A DNA stretch of 64,000 nt. It comes from a virus (Duplodnaviria; Caudoviricetes). Made by a program: the position numbers and the translations under genes. The stretch is taken from positions 1-64,000 of IMG/VR virus record IMGVR_UViG_3300012344_000001. The stretch is one strand, 5' to 3'. Shown here piece by piece: positions 36,226 to 46,612 of the stretch (position 1 is its first letter; each line of letters begins with the position of its first letter). The notes under the pieces were generated by a model. The model had not been told where the DNA came from. It saw only the letters and a program-made list of their open reading frames with translations, and did not search any database.

Positions 36226-38070
36226 TTAGCGTACAATAGTATTGTACTTCTTAGCAATCTTAGCAAGTTCGCTATCGTTGCTTTCAGAACCGGCAAAACC
36301 GGTATTAACGCCCGGAAGACCATACGAGAACTTAAATTCGTTCTGCGCAGCCATCTCGGCGAATTCCATAGCGCATTTCGCAATGGCGTTGTCCATTTCT
36401 TCGCAAGTGCAAGTTTCCGCAAGCTTCTTCAGTTCGGCAATCTTTTCCTCGCTGAAGCACTTAGCGTACTTCTCAACGGAAGCCATGTTCTTGGCGCAAA
36501 CTTCCTTCTTTTCGTACTCGGCAAGAGCCGCGCACTTTTCTTCAAGTTCGGCACACTTGGCATCAAGCTCTGCACACTTAGCATCATAGTCAGCGCACTT
36601 CGCATCCAGTTCAGCGCACTTGCCATCAAGGTCAGCCTGAAGACCAGCGCACTTTTCTTCTGCCGCTGCACAAGCTTCCTCGGAGGCCGTCAGACTGGCA
36701 CACTTTTCGTCGAATTCAGCACACTTCGCAGTATACTGTTCCTCAAGCTCTGCATACTTCTGCTCAAAGTTTTCCATAGACAGACCAAGTTCGCGATAGT
36801 GACGTTCAAGATGCTTCTTAACGTCGCCACTTACAATTCCCATCTGAGATGCACGGGCAAAAGCAGCCTTAACGCCAGCCACATTAAGAACAAGCTTACC
36901 GTCCTTCACCTGATGGTGGGGATACTTCAGTTTTTCGCTTGGGGCATCTTTGTATCCATCTTCAACAACAAGATACGCTTCTTTCACAAGACTTTCGGCG
37001 TTACTTGCTTCAAGAAGCTTGCCGTAAAGCGCTTTGCCGGGATTATCCCAAGAAGTGCCTTCAACAGCCGCTTCCTTATCGTTGTCGATAGTAATGTTCA
37101 CTTCGCGATTTCCTCCTTCTTCAGAATTATTTATTGCTACGGCAGAACCGTTGCAAACAATAGAATTGACCCATTCACGACCAGCTTCGCCACCATACAT
37201 ATTATATAAAATGTATTTGCCGGTGGGCGGCGTGCTTTCTTTGACGGGTTCAGGGTTGGCGGCGAAGTATTCCTTCATTTCGTCAATGGAACCTTCATAC
37301 ATAGCGCCAATTTCGCAGTTGTTTCTAAGGCTGTTGTATACAACCTTGTTTCCACCACGATTAGCTTCTTGCCGCATTTCAATACCATGCTTCATAATGT
37401 CAAGAACATTTTCTGGAATTTCGTAAGCCTTCTGTGAAGCAAAACAGAAATACTTATCATTAGATTCCTTGGCATAGTCGTCATAGGAAAATCTAAGGGA
37501 CTTCAGTCTGGCGCCCTGCATGATTTCCCTAAACTTTTCACCAAGCGCGGTAATGGCGGTAATGTTGAATCTTTTAAGCTTCAACGCGCCATCTTCAAGC
37601 TGTTCCGCATCCTTAATAGCAAATTCAACAGAAACCTTAACATCGCCATCACGACGTTTCAGGATTTCAGCAACGTGCGGCAGAAGATTCTTCCACACAA
37701 CAACGTTGATTCGAAGATACTGCTTGCCGTCGCGTTCAACAAGCTTTGCGTCTTTTAAGCCACTTTCAGGGACACAGCCAAAAGGAAGAATACGGTCGCG
37801 CGTAATGCGGTCGGGATATTCTTCACGGAAATGTTCCATAAAGTCATTGTGTTCACCATCAAGCGGATTCCACTTGTTATCAATTACGCCATACAGCGGC
37901 TTATTAGCAAAGCTGGGAAGCGATTCCCAAACACAATCTTCGTCAATGATACATTCATTAGGATTCCAACCAGTATGAAGTGCATCAAGTTCAAAAACAG
38001 ACACATAAGGGTCTTCGTACAATAACTTCATATAGTCAACTTCATGGGTGAAGTTATCCATTTTGAACAC
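36226..38070 (-). CDS. Prohead protease/scaffold protein (YonD-like)
   Basis: NKPL, D..EH, PFGCVPES, VSVE and ITALG protease-like N-terminus; C-terminal coiled coil with KCAEL heptads. Confidence 0.75.
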   Translation of the reverse strand: MFKMDNFTHEVDYMKLLYEDPYVSVFELDALHTGWNPNECIIDEDCVWESLPSFANKPLYGVIDNKWNPLDGEHNDFMEHFREEYPDRITRDRILPFGCVPESGLKDAKLVERDGKQYLRINVVVWKNLLPHVAEILKRRDGDVKVSVEFAIKDAEQLEDGALKLKRFNITAITALGEKFREIMQGARLKSLRFSYDDYAKESNDKYFCFASQKAYEIPENVLDIMKHGIEMRQEANRGGNKVVYNSLRNNCEIGAMYEGSIDEMKEYFAANPEPVKESTPPTGKYILYNMYGGEAGREWVNSIVCNGSAVAINNSEEGGNREVNITIDNDKEAAVEGTSWDNPGKALYGKLLEASNAESLVKEAYLVVEDGYKDAPSEKLKYPHHQVKDGKLVLNVAGVKAAFARASQMGIVSGDVKKHLERHYRELGLSMENFEQKYAELEEQYTAKCAEFDEKCASLTASEEACAAAEEKCAGLQADLDGKCAELDAKCADYDAKCAELDAKCAELEEKCAALAEYEKKEVCAKNMASVEKYAKCFSEEKIAELKKLAETCTCEEMDNAIAKCAMEFAEMAAQNEFKFSYGLPGVNTGFAGSESNDSELAKIAKKYNTIVR

Positions 38071-38293
38071 CCCCAGTCGGTTTATTCATAGTCCAAACGT
38101 CAAGCAGCTTCTGAAGCCTGTCGGTAAGAATAAAAACCCAAACCACACGGTCTGTCTTAGACGAACGATACGAATACACGTATTCAATTCCGTTTTCAGT
38201 CAAGAACGCCTTCTGGTTCGGGCTTCCGCACCGATAAAACTTGAACTTTTCCGAAAGTTCGCCAATGTTTTCAATCCTCATAGCACCCACCAA
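38054..38293 (-). CDS. DUF5659-like small protein
   Basis: FYRC.S....FL.ENGI.Y...WVF...L..LL..W pattern. Confidence 0.55.
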   Translation of the reverse strand: MVGAMRIENIGELSEKFKFYRCGSPNQKAFLTENGIEYVYSYRSSKTDRVVWVFILTDRLQKLLDVWTMNKPTGGVQNG

Positions 38294-38772
38294 TCCTGCG
38301 CCTGCGCGTCCATATCGTAAAGGTGGTTGCCATACTGCTTCTTCTTATCAACAAGAAGAATGGCGTTGGCTACATATTTGGAATATTCGCGGGAAATCGG
38401 CGTCAAAAGGTCGTAGACGTTATGATTGCCCGCGTCTTTTGCGTCAAGCTTCACCTTTTGCAAGAAATCGTTCGTTTCAAGCGTCCATTCGTAAAGCTGA
38501 TTGATAAGCGAATCAACGTCTTCGTAGTCTTCGTTTGCGCCTTCAACGCCAAGATAATTGACGTCATAGTTGAAGTTTTCTTCAATATCATTCACTTGGT
38601 CTGCCAGAAGCGGATATGCGTGTGCAAGCTGGTGATGTACCAGTTCTGCAAGTTTCGGCATAGCAAACTTAACATTAAGAACAGACTTCATTCTGTCAAG
38701 CTTCTTGTTCATCCAAAAGAACTTCTGACCAAGCTGATCGAGTTCAATTTTGACTTCATTTGAAATAAGCAT
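38278..38772 (-). CDS. Hypothetical all-helical protein (possible ferritin-like fold)
   Basis: 164 aa, four long amphipathic helices, HHQLAH cluster. Confidence 0.4.
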   Translation of the reverse strand: MLISNEVKIELDQLGQKFFWMNKKLDRMKSVLNVKFAMPKLAELVHHQLAHAYPLLADQVNDIEENFNYDVNYLGVEGANEDYEDVDSLINQLYEWTLETNDFLQKVKLDAKDAGNHNVYDLLTPISREYSKYVANAILLVDKKKQYGNHLYDMDAQAQDWWVL

Positions 38773-38787
38773 TATACATCACCACCT

Positions 38788-40407
38788 TTATTCACCAGCA
38801 TCAATAGATTCGTCGCGCGATTCAGAGCGCTTGCTATCAATTTCTTCCTTCGGTCTGCCGCCTTCGTTGGAACTCATTGTGCTGCCAAGCTGCAACGGCT
38901 TCATCTTATCCTTGATGTTCGTAAGGAAGTTTTCGATAATGTATTCGTTTTCGATTTCGAAAGGTTCAAAACCATAATGCGACATTACATAAGAAATGGG
39001 CGCGTTAGCACCAGAAAGCATCTTCAAAACGCGGTCTTGTTCTTCGTCTTCGTACAGCTTGTTGCCGTGGAACTTAACAACCCAGTCAAACTGCGTACCG
39101 CATTCAATACGGATAAGCCAGTTGACAAGATTCTGCGCGCCTGCATACATGCCATTGCTGGCATAGGCAAACAACGCACCAGTCGCAAGCTTCAGCGCAG
39201 CAGCAGATTTCTGATCAGAATTGAACAGCGCGTTAGGAATACCGGAATAGTCATAGAACGACTTGTTCGAAATGTTTTCCAGCCCTTCCATGACGCTTGT
39301 CTGGTCTGCATTGATGGGCGCTTCGGTATCAAACGGGCTTGCGAATGCAACGAAGTTTTCAGGAAGAACGCTTCTGATACTATCAATGATAGAAGACGCT
39401 TCTTTGTAGGTAATCTGCATCTTGCCCGTCGTGCTATCCGTAGGAATCTTAAAGGCAAGCACGCGCCAAAGGTCTACAACCGCTTTCTGTTTAATCAAAT
39501 CACGATAGCCGATTGCGTCAAGCGCAACACCGGCAGCACCAACCATAGGCGGAACCTTAATCGGGCGATTTACGTCAAACAGGAAACACCAGCCGTCATA
39601 CGGCGACACCGGCATATACTGATAGGGTGCAATCGCAGCGCGCGAATATTTGTGACTTGCCACCAGTTCTTCACGTTTTCTGCAAAACGCTTCGTATGCC
39701 GCCCACAGTTCGGGAACTTGCGTCTGCTGGAAAGCAAACCTATCAAAATAGGTCAAGTCAATAGAAAACAGGTAGCCGAATGTCCACGGCGCCGTAATAT
39801 AGCAGAATTCAGACGGAAGGTCAATCATGTCAAATGTGTCGCGCGTTCTATTGAACCACACAAATGCCACGCCGTCCTTACACGCCTTGTTATCAATCTT
39901 GCGAATCTGATATGGAATGTTCAGCTTCCGAAGGAAACTAAGAACCTTGTTGTAGCTTGCCCTGAATTCAGGCGACTTCGCCTTTTCCGCAAGGTTGGGC
40001 GTTGCACAACGCAAATCATAGTGATATGACTTGATGTCTGACAACAGGCTTGCCGCCCTGCCATACTGCAAGTTCGCGTTTTCAAGATAGTGTGAAAGCA
40101 GTCTAAGGTTTTCTGCATTCTGTTCTGGGTGCTGAAGCCAATCTTGAAGATTATCACTTGTCGCAGAACCAGACGTGAACGCAAGGTTTTGCATTAAACT
40201 TTCGCTGAAAATGGGATTATAGATACCTTTTTCAGAAAGGGAATATGCAACTGCTTCAAGGTCTTTAATATTAGTGCTGATTTTGTTCGCGAAATACATC
40301 GACCCACGGTCACTTCGCATGAAGTCACAGAACTGCTGAATTGATTCAAGCTGTTCTGGCGTTGCGTTTTTGCGCGGTCGACCACGCGAACGCTTTTCAT
40401 CTGCCAA
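38788..40407 (-). CDS. Portal protein
   Basis: 539 aa directly after the terminase; C-terminal GGRP motif. Confidence 0.8.
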   Translation of the reverse strand: MADEKRSRGRPRKNATPEQLESIQQFCDFMRSDRGSMYFANKISTNIKDLEAVAYSLSEKGIYNPIFSESLMQNLAFTSGSATSDNLQDWLQHPEQNAENLRLLSHYLENANLQYGRAASLLSDIKSYHYDLRCATPNLAEKAKSPEFRASYNKVLSFLRKLNIPYQIRKIDNKACKDGVAFVWFNRTRDTFDMIDLPSEFCYITAPWTFGYLFSIDLTYFDRFAFQQTQVPELWAAYEAFCRKREELVASHKYSRAAIAPYQYMPVSPYDGWCFLFDVNRPIKVPPMVGAAGVALDAIGYRDLIKQKAVVDLWRVLAFKIPTDSTTGKMQITYKEASSIIDSIRSVLPENFVAFASPFDTEAPINADQTSVMEGLENISNKSFYDYSGIPNALFNSDQKSAAALKLATGALFAYASNGMYAGAQNLVNWLIRIECGTQFDWVVKFHGNKLYEDEEQDRVLKMLSGANAPISYVMSHYGFEPFEIENEYIIENFLTNIKDKMKPLQLGSTMSSNEGGRPKEEIDSKRSESRDESIDAGE

Positions 40408-40422
40408 GCAGATTCACCCCTT

Positions 40423-41790
40423 TCATCTAAAGATTCGTCCGAATTTGTTCCCGACACGCACATTAGAAGAAAGGCTTCTGTTCATGCTTGAAATGGCGGA
40501 ATACATATCGTCGTCATTTAGTCCCTTCAGCAGTTCAGTGTCAAGAAGGGACGCGTAATAGTTTAAGTAAATCAGAGAAACAATTCGGTCTTTTGTCAAA
40601 CGTTTCGGTTCAACAAGTCGGAAATTACCACCGACAACATACACGGTAAGCGAAAGTGCTTCGTTGATAAGCTGCGTAGTTTGTTCAAACGGAGCAAGCA
40701 ACCAAGGCCTTCCGCCCCAATCGCCAACTTCGTCAGTGTAGAATCTGAAACCAATGTCCTTTGCGAAATCCTTTTCAACTTCGTCTGGCTGTTCAAGAAG
40801 TTTAATCATGCCGGTCTTCAATTTATCCTTAAAGATAACAGCCATCTTACTGTTTAATTCAGCGGTACCATAAATGGGATAAATGCAAGGAATCGCATTC
40901 GGATTGATGGTCTGTTGCATATACTCTTCATACTTGTGTGCGATTGTTTCATGATATGCAACCGTAATCGGCGGGTAATCAACACCACGGATGTTATCAT
41001 GAATGACGTCTGTCATGATATTGAAAATAGCATTGCCAAGATTTCGGAAGTCCATTACAAGCGTATCCGCTTCGAAATCCGTCATAATTTGACGGATACG
41101 AAGCGCCTGCGCAGGAGCGCCAACACCATTGGAGATTTCAGAATACACAATCTGCCGTTCGTATCCTTTTCCACGCTTCGGAATAAGTCTTGCAACATTG
41201 ATTGCAGTGTTATCCGAACCACGCGCAGCAGAAGAAGCCAAGTCGACACCAACCAGTCGTATTTCGCCCGGAAGCTTTGGCATACGATACTTTTGCTTTC
41301 CAGAAGCGACTTCTTCTGGGCGCTTTGGATAGAACGCTTGCTTCAATACACGCGCTTTATCAAAGTCTTCATAAGAAAAGAAGGCGTTTTCATCAATACC
41401 GTAGGGTATATTTTGATACTCGCATTGGAAGGATATTAGGTCAGAACTTTTTCGCTCCGATGCAATTTCACGCGGTGACTTGATTCCATGTTCCAAGCTT
41501 GTCAAATAGTCAAACGCCATAAACACAGTGCTGTCCTTAGACTGAATGCCAGTTTTATCACCATAAATACTAATAACAATCTGTTGAATCGTATAAGGGA
41601 ACCACCAGTTTATTTTAAGACCGGCAGAACTAATAGAAATCATTTTTGATTCTTCGGTTAAGTGACTATATTGCGGCAACCGTCGGAACGGAGCAGGTCT
41701 AACATAACGCATGGGGGAAACAACAGAATCAAGAAGGTCTTTGCGCTTCATACTGTTGCATTCTTCACGGATAATACAAGTTGCTCGATT
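40423..41790 (-). CDS. terL: Terminase large subunit, exon 2
   Basis: Walker B CIIREE, ISISSA, FQCEY, nuclease GVDLA..SD, KDR motifs. Confidence 0.9.
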   Translation of the reverse strand, partial: NRATCIIREECNSMKRKDLLDSVVSPMRYVRPAPFRRLPQYSHLTEESKMISISSAGLKINWWFPYTIQQIVISIYGDKTGIQSKDSTVFMAFDYLTSLEHGIKSPREIASERKSSDLISFQCEYQNIPYGIDENAFFSYEDFDKARVLKQAFYPKRPEEVASGKQKYRMPKLPGEIRLVGVDLASSAARGSDNTAINVARLIPKRGKGYERQIVYSEISNGVGAPAQALRIRQIMTDFEADTLVMDFRNLGNAIFNIMTDVIHDNIRGVDYPPITVAYHETIAHKYEEYMQQTINPNAIPCIYPIYGTAELNSKMAVIFKDKLKTGMIKLLEQPDEVEKDFAKDIGFRFYTDEVGDWGGRPWLLAPFEQTTQLINEALSLTVYVVGGNFRLVEPKRLTKDRIVSLIYLNYYASLLDTELLKGLNDDDMYSAISSMNRSLSSNVRVGNKFGRIFR

Positions 41791-42932
41791 CATATGTTAT
41801 CCTATTGGCTTTTTATCCAATAGTTCTTATAGTTGTAGTTCCTATAAGGTCGGCGTACCTTTTCACCTGAATGTCAGGGGCGGGGACTCTTGGTTGCATT
41901 ATATTCTGAATATCAGTTTCAGCAACTACGCTCTGCGTGTGAACACACTTTTAGATGCGTCCTTCCACTCGGATTAGCATTTCAGCCTTCCCGATTTCTT
42001 CCCCACTTTAGAAAAACTAAGTGTCACCACTTAGCGAGGCAATCGTTCAAGTACATTGTATTTTCCGTAAATATCAGCAAATCTGTTTCGCTTCCTATCT
42101 AAGAATATAGTAGAATCGTCGTATAGGAAGTGCATAAACATGTCTACATTCTTCATTCCACCAATCACAAGCCGAAGCGCAGCCTGTGTTCCGTTTAATC
42201 CGCAAATATATGAGCTAATACCAAATTCATATAGCTTGGTTCGCAAAGCTTCGATGAATTTTACAGAGGCGCAGCAGAAGTCGCACCGCGGGCACTTCCT
42301 TTGTTTGTTTTCACAAACACATCCGTCCCCGTCAAAAAATCCTCTAATGAAATGTCTAACCAAATCTTCACGAAGCGTTGGGAATTCTATGCACTTGCTT
42401 TTTCGTTCAATACATCCGTTTTTTATAAGGTCTTCAACCATTTTTGTGCAATATATGCGGATAAGACAGAATTTTGCAGGATTTCCACTAATAGCACAAA
42501 TAGTGTCGCCCAAAAAGACGGGAATATTGCCATCTATGCTTTTAACGAATTTGCGTAGATGGTCGCTATCTGATTGTTGTAGTTGAATACCAAGTTCACC
42601 TTGTCTTACATTCCCAGTTTCCGTTTTTTGAACACAAACCCATCCGTCGGCATACATAAATCCAAGCCAGTACGCTTTTTCTTCCGTATCTATAGTTTCA
42701 AAAAAGTCTTTATTATAATGATACTTGCTTTTCTTCAAACCAAGGCGATTAACCTTCAAGTCGATTGCCGTCTTCGTTCTTCCAAGCTTTTCACCCATTT
42801 CACGATAAGTCATCGTCTTATAATTTTCTTTAATGAAGTCTAATTCTTCATTTGTCCATTCGCCATTACGCATAACGAGTTCCTTTCATAAATGAAATTT
42901 AATTTCGTTGGCGAAGTAAATTAAATAAAATT
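41791..42932 (-). mobile_element. Group I intron in terL (1142 nt)
   Basis: IGS CGAUUGCCUC (42036-42045) is complementary to the ligated junction GAGGU|AAUCG with the U.G wobble. P3 GUGGGGA/UCCCCGC, P7 GCGUA/UACGC, terminal G at 41791. Restores DNSRG|NRATCIIREE. Confidence 0.92.
42031..42873 (-). CDS. Intron-encoded LAGLIDADG homing endonuclease
   Basis: Two motifs AYWLGFMYADG and HFIRGFFDGDG, plus an N-terminal HTH. Confidence 0.92.
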   Translation of the reverse strand: MRNGEWTNEELDFIKENYKTMTYREMGEKLGRTKTAIDLKVNRLGLKKSKYHYNKDFFETIDTEEKAYWLGFMYADGWVCVQKTETGNVRQGELGIQLQQSDSDHLRKFVKSIDGNIPVFLGDTICAISGNPAKFCLIRIYCTKMVEDLIKNGCIERKSKCIEFPTLREDLVRHFIRGFFDGDGCVCENKQRKCPRCDFCCASVKFIEALRTKLYEFGISSYICGLNGTQAALRLVIGGMKNVDMFMHFLYDDSTIFLDRKRNRFADIYGKYNVLERLPR

Positions 42933-43475
42933 ACCTCTTGAATTGTCTGACAATGATATAACCGTAATCTTCGAACCGTTGACAAACTCAACAATTCTAT
43001 TGTTTTCGTTCATCGTTATCTTTGTAATTTCACGCTGAACGTTCGGATAATCATCGTAAAACCCTTGAATCTTACCAAGGATAACACCTGCCTGCCCCTT
43101 GGTTGACGAAACAACAACAATTTCGCTTTTAGGATAAAGTGACGCTATGCAAATAGCACCAAGACCAACAATCCACGACTTTGCCGTTGCACGAGATGCG
43201 GAAATTGTAATTTCGTCCTTCGCACCAATTTCGTACAGCATCATCTTCTGATAGTCATGAAGCGTTTTAATCTGAAAGTAGTGTTCGGCGTATAACTGAA
43301 TGTTTCGCCGATATAGCGTAGCCCAGTCTTTAATTCGCTTCAAGCGGCTTTCGCTGATTTCCGTTTTCTTGATAATACCGCGTGGTCTTTTGCGGATGTC
43401 CGCAGACTTTTCGTTGCTACCAAACGGATTATAGTTAGTCGTGTTTCTCGCCATCGTCATCACCATCAACATCAA
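42933..43475 (-). CDS. terL: Terminase large subunit, exon 1
   Basis: L.DYQ adenine motif, Walker A ASRATAKS, F.NGS.I motif. Confidence 0.9.
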
Positions 43476-44556
43476 GATAGACGCCGCTGATATCTTCAGG
43501 TTTGAAGTCTTCAGCTTCCTTGTCCATCTTGTCCATTACGACGCGGAAATCACGCGACATGCCAATATAGTTACGAACAGCGCGGTCATAAGTGCGCTTA
43601 ACGTATTCGTCAATACCTTCAACGTCTTTGAACAGCTTCTTGTTTTCAAGCCATTCGGCAGGCGACATTGTTTCAACGTCCTTAAGCCAGACGCCAAACG
43701 CAGCAGTAGACTTGCTACTGGTGCTTTCCTTCAGCTTATCAGGCGTAATTGAACACTTATCCATCAGCATGGTAAGCGTTTCGTAGTCGGACTTCTTAAG
43801 CTCGCCGCCTTCTTCGCGCGTCTTACGCATCTTTAGCTGTTGAAGACAAACTTCTTTAATGAGCATATCAACACCCTTTTCGTCGGTGTCTTTTGTCTTC
43901 GCCCATTCGTTGTATTCGTTTTCAAGGAACACATAGTCATCGTCTTCAAAACCAATGCCCCACTTCTTTTCAAGCGCGGACATCTTCTTGTTGTATGCCT
44001 GTTCAATAACTTCCGTCACGGGCTTGTCGGTCGTCTTATCTTCATAGCCTTCGGGACGGTCATTCTTGTAAACATCAAACGTTAAGTCTGCTTCTTCGTT
44101 GGTGCGATAGACACCTTGCAGGATTGTAAGATACTTACCAAACAGCGAAGTCTTCGTATTGACAGCAATCTTATCAATGTCACTTTCGGTTTCTTCTTCT
44201 TCAACACCGTTGATTGCGTTTACAGTCGCTTGCATACCATTCTTTTCAAGCGCCTTCATCAGCATACTATATGCCTTACTGTCGTAGCGGTAGTTCAAGC
44301 AGCGACACACTTCATAGATTGCAATATCAATGCGACCGTGCATCTGATAGAAGTAATTAAATAGGTATGTGCAACAGTCGATACACACGCTAAGGCGTCC
44401 CGACGTGTCTAAGAAATCGTAGCTTTTGTAAAACCGCCTAATATCCTTTTCGTTCGTGCAATAACGGCACTTTGCCTTTCGGATATCGCGGTCTTTTGTT
44501 TTTGCTTCGGCGATGGTCAGCGGTGCCGACCTGTCCATAGCCTTGGTCTTTCTCAT
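43435..44556 (-). CDS. Terminase small subunit candidate (YonG-like)
   Basis: N-terminal CxxC..FYKS..CxxC; WG.GF..DY..L..EY.EW and FGVW motifs; directly upstream of terL. Confidence 0.65.
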   Translation of the reverse strand: MRKTKAMDRSAPLTIAEAKTKDRDIRKAKCRYCTNEKDIRRFYKSYDFLDTSGRLSVCIDCCTYLFNYFYQMHGRIDIAIYEVCRCLNYRYDSKAYSMLMKALEKNGMQATVNAINGVEEEETESDIDKIAVNTKTSLFGKYLTILQGVYRTNEEADLTFDVYKNDRPEGYEDKTTDKPVTEVIEQAYNKKMSALEKKWGIGFEDDDYVFLENEYNEWAKTKDTDEKGVDMLIKEVCLQQLKMRKTREEGGELKKSDYETLTMLMDKCSITPDKLKESTSSKSTAAFGVWLKDVETMSPAEWLENKKLFKDVEGIDEYVKRTYDRAVRNYIGMSRDFRVVMDKMDKEAEDFKPEDISGVYLDVDGDDDGEKHD

Positions 44557-44579
44557 GCGACCACCTTCCCAAAATAGTA

Positions 44580-44601
44580 AAAGCCACCCGAAGGTGGCTT
44601 T
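44580..44601 (-). terminator. Intrinsic terminator
   Basis: AAAGCCACC-TTCG-GGTGGCTTT hairpin. Confidence 0.7.
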
Positions 44602-44610
44602 CGTCTAAAA

Positions 44611-45810
44611 TTAAGTCAAATCAATAAAGTATTCAGCCGTCTTACCATGACCGGGCGTAAGTTCAATAATCATAGCACCCGGGTTAGACCCCTTACTAAG
44701 CGACATGGCAAAATCGTCAATACCAATAATAGAAGGACATCTGGAAACAAACTTCTTTACACCAACGTCTTCGCTATAGTGGTGATGAAGGTGTGCTGCA
44801 ACAACACCGTCAACGGCAACGCCATACATATTAGAAAGGTCTTTGATAGCCTTTTCCATATCCTTCATTTCGCCATGAACACCAAGGATATTATATCCAG
44901 CGATATTATCGAAGATGTTGCCGGACGGGTTTTCAATCAGTTCAAAGTTAGGATTATACTTCATGCGCGCCTTAATATAGGCAATCACAATCTTAGACAT
45001 GTTTTCGTCTTTGAACGTGCCGCGCGGCTGATTAAACATACGAAGTTCGGAATGATTGCCAGCAACCATGTGGTAACGAACATTCACAACAGACGTAAGT
45101 TCGTTAAGCCATTCACTGATGAACTCCATATACTTAACAGTGCCGTCAACAACACCATATCGAAGCTTTGTCAACTGACCAATACGAAGGACGCCATCGG
45201 TAAAGTCGCCCATCGAAAACACGTGAAGCGTTCCAATATCGTGTTCATGACAAAACTGCTTAACATAATCAAGAAGCTTTGCCATGCGTTCTGCGAAAAT
45301 TTCGGGGCTGTAGGCATTGATGATTTCGCCCATTAACCCCTTGATTTCAAATTCCGATCCAAAATGGTCGTCCCCCGCCACAAGGATATATTCCTTGTTA
45401 CCGTTTCGTCCATCATAAGCGACTTCGGGGATGGGAAGCGGCTCAAGATTTTCAATCGCGCCAAGAAGCTTTTCGACAATCAGTTCGTCACGAGCATTTT
45501 CGCGAAGCCAACTGTTGTACTCCATCTTTTCGGTCTGAAGACGAATACGTTCCTTCTTCAGTTCATTGCTTGCGACACGAATGCTTTCAAGCTGTTCCTG
45601 TCCGTCAATAAGCTTTGCGCGGTTTGCTTCAAACAGCTTCTTAAAGGAAGTGTAGTCTTTACGATACTTACTTTCGGTATATTCATAATTAAGTTCTTTG
45701 TTCAGAAGCTTTGCGACTTCATCCCAAGAACCAATCAGGTCTTTGTTCTCGCAGATTCTAAAAATGTATTCAACCTCGCCTTCAGCGGGGTTTCTATGGA
45801 AGTTAGGCAT
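44611..45810 (-). CDS. Calcineurin-like metallophosphoesterase (YonJ-like)
   Basis: DDH, GDFTDG, GNH, HG and HLHH motifs. Confidence 0.85.
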   Translation of the reverse strand: MPNFHRNPAEGEVEYIFRICENKDLIGSWDEVAKLLNKELNYEYTESKYRKDYTSFKKLFEANRAKLIDGQEQLESIRVASNELKKERIRLQTEKMEYNSWLRENARDELIVEKLLGAIENLEPLPIPEVAYDGRNGNKEYILVAGDDHFGSEFEIKGLMGEIINAYSPEIFAERMAKLLDYVKQFCHEHDIGTLHVFSMGDFTDGVLRIGQLTKLRYGVVDGTVKYMEFISEWLNELTSVVNVRYHMVAGNHSELRMFNQPRGTFKDENMSKIVIAYIKARMKYNPNFELIENPSGNIFDNIAGYNILGVHGEMKDMEKAIKDLSNMYGVAVDGVVAAHLHHHYSEDVGVKKFVSRCPSIIGIDDFAMSLSKGSNPGAMIIELTPGHGKTAEYFIDLT

Positions 45811-46591
45811 TTTCGTCTTCCTCCGGTTCTAAAATTTCTTCGTCAGAATCATTTGTGGTCTTGTCATGGAACCAGTTTCCATACCCAGCTTCACGCAACT
45901 TCTTCCCAAAGAAGTGACCCATAGTCGGGTATTCTTCATTCGGATAAATTCCATCTTCAACACCCTTGCGGTATTCGTTTGCAAGGGCACCCTTCTTCAT
46001 CATGAACCGACGACGTTCAAGAATATCAGGGTGAAAGTTTTCGCGGAACCACCGCACTTTCTTAAAGCGACTACCTTCTGGATAGATGATTGTATTGTCG
46101 TCACGCACAACCATACTTTTACCAAGCTGTGCCGTTTCCTTTGCGGCGGCGTTAGAAGAATTGATAAGGTCTTCCAGTGTCTTTTCGCCATTCGACATGT
46201 ACGGCGTGACAGATTCAACAAATCCTTCCGGAACAACTGTGTCCACGCCATAGTACAGCATGTGCCAAGGCTTTTCGAAGTCAATCATTGGCTTGAAATA
46301 GCCGAACTGCCAAATTTCTTCATCTTGGACATAGCGCGGAAAGTCAAGTCGCTGCCACTTGCTACGAATGTTTACGCCATTGAAGTCAACAGTCTTTCTT
46401 TGTAAAAGCTGTGCATAGATTGCAGGCCCAACTTCTTCAAGCACTTCCTTGACGTCCCACACACGAAACTTCGTCTTTCTTGCAATCATTAGCGAAAGGT
46501 CATATATGCCAACCGACTTAGCAATCGGTTCGTTAGACGACGGTTTGGGCTTTCGCAAATAACTAAAATATTCGCGCTTAGATACGCGCAT
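45803..46591 (-). CDS. Protein with divergent HU/IHF-like N-terminal region
   Basis: L..MIA.KT.F...DVKEVL...I...L....V pattern; position matches the HU gene of SPbeta-like phages. Confidence 0.45.
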   Translation of the reverse strand: MRVSKREYFSYLRKPKPSSNEPIAKSVGIYDLSLMIARKTKFRVWDVKEVLEEVGPAIYAQLLQRKTVDFNGVNIRSKWQRLDFPRYVQDEEIWQFGYFKPMIDFEKPWHMLYYGVDTVVPEGFVESVTPYMSNGEKTLEDLINSSNAAAKETAQLGKSMVVRDDNTIIYPEGSRFKKVRWFRENFHPDILERRRFMMKKGALANEYRKGVEDGIYPNEEYPTMGHFFGKKLREAGYGNWFHDKTTNDSDEEILEPEEDENA

Positions 46592-46612
46592 TCAATCACC
46601 CACTTCTAAAAA

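Noticed and set aside
22447-42932. Split terL, TMP and decoration genes explained by inteins, stop-codon recoding or pseudogenisation
   Set aside because: The inserts contain stops and separate ORFs, have group I cores with P1/P10 pairing and a terminal G, and their removal restores frames exactly.
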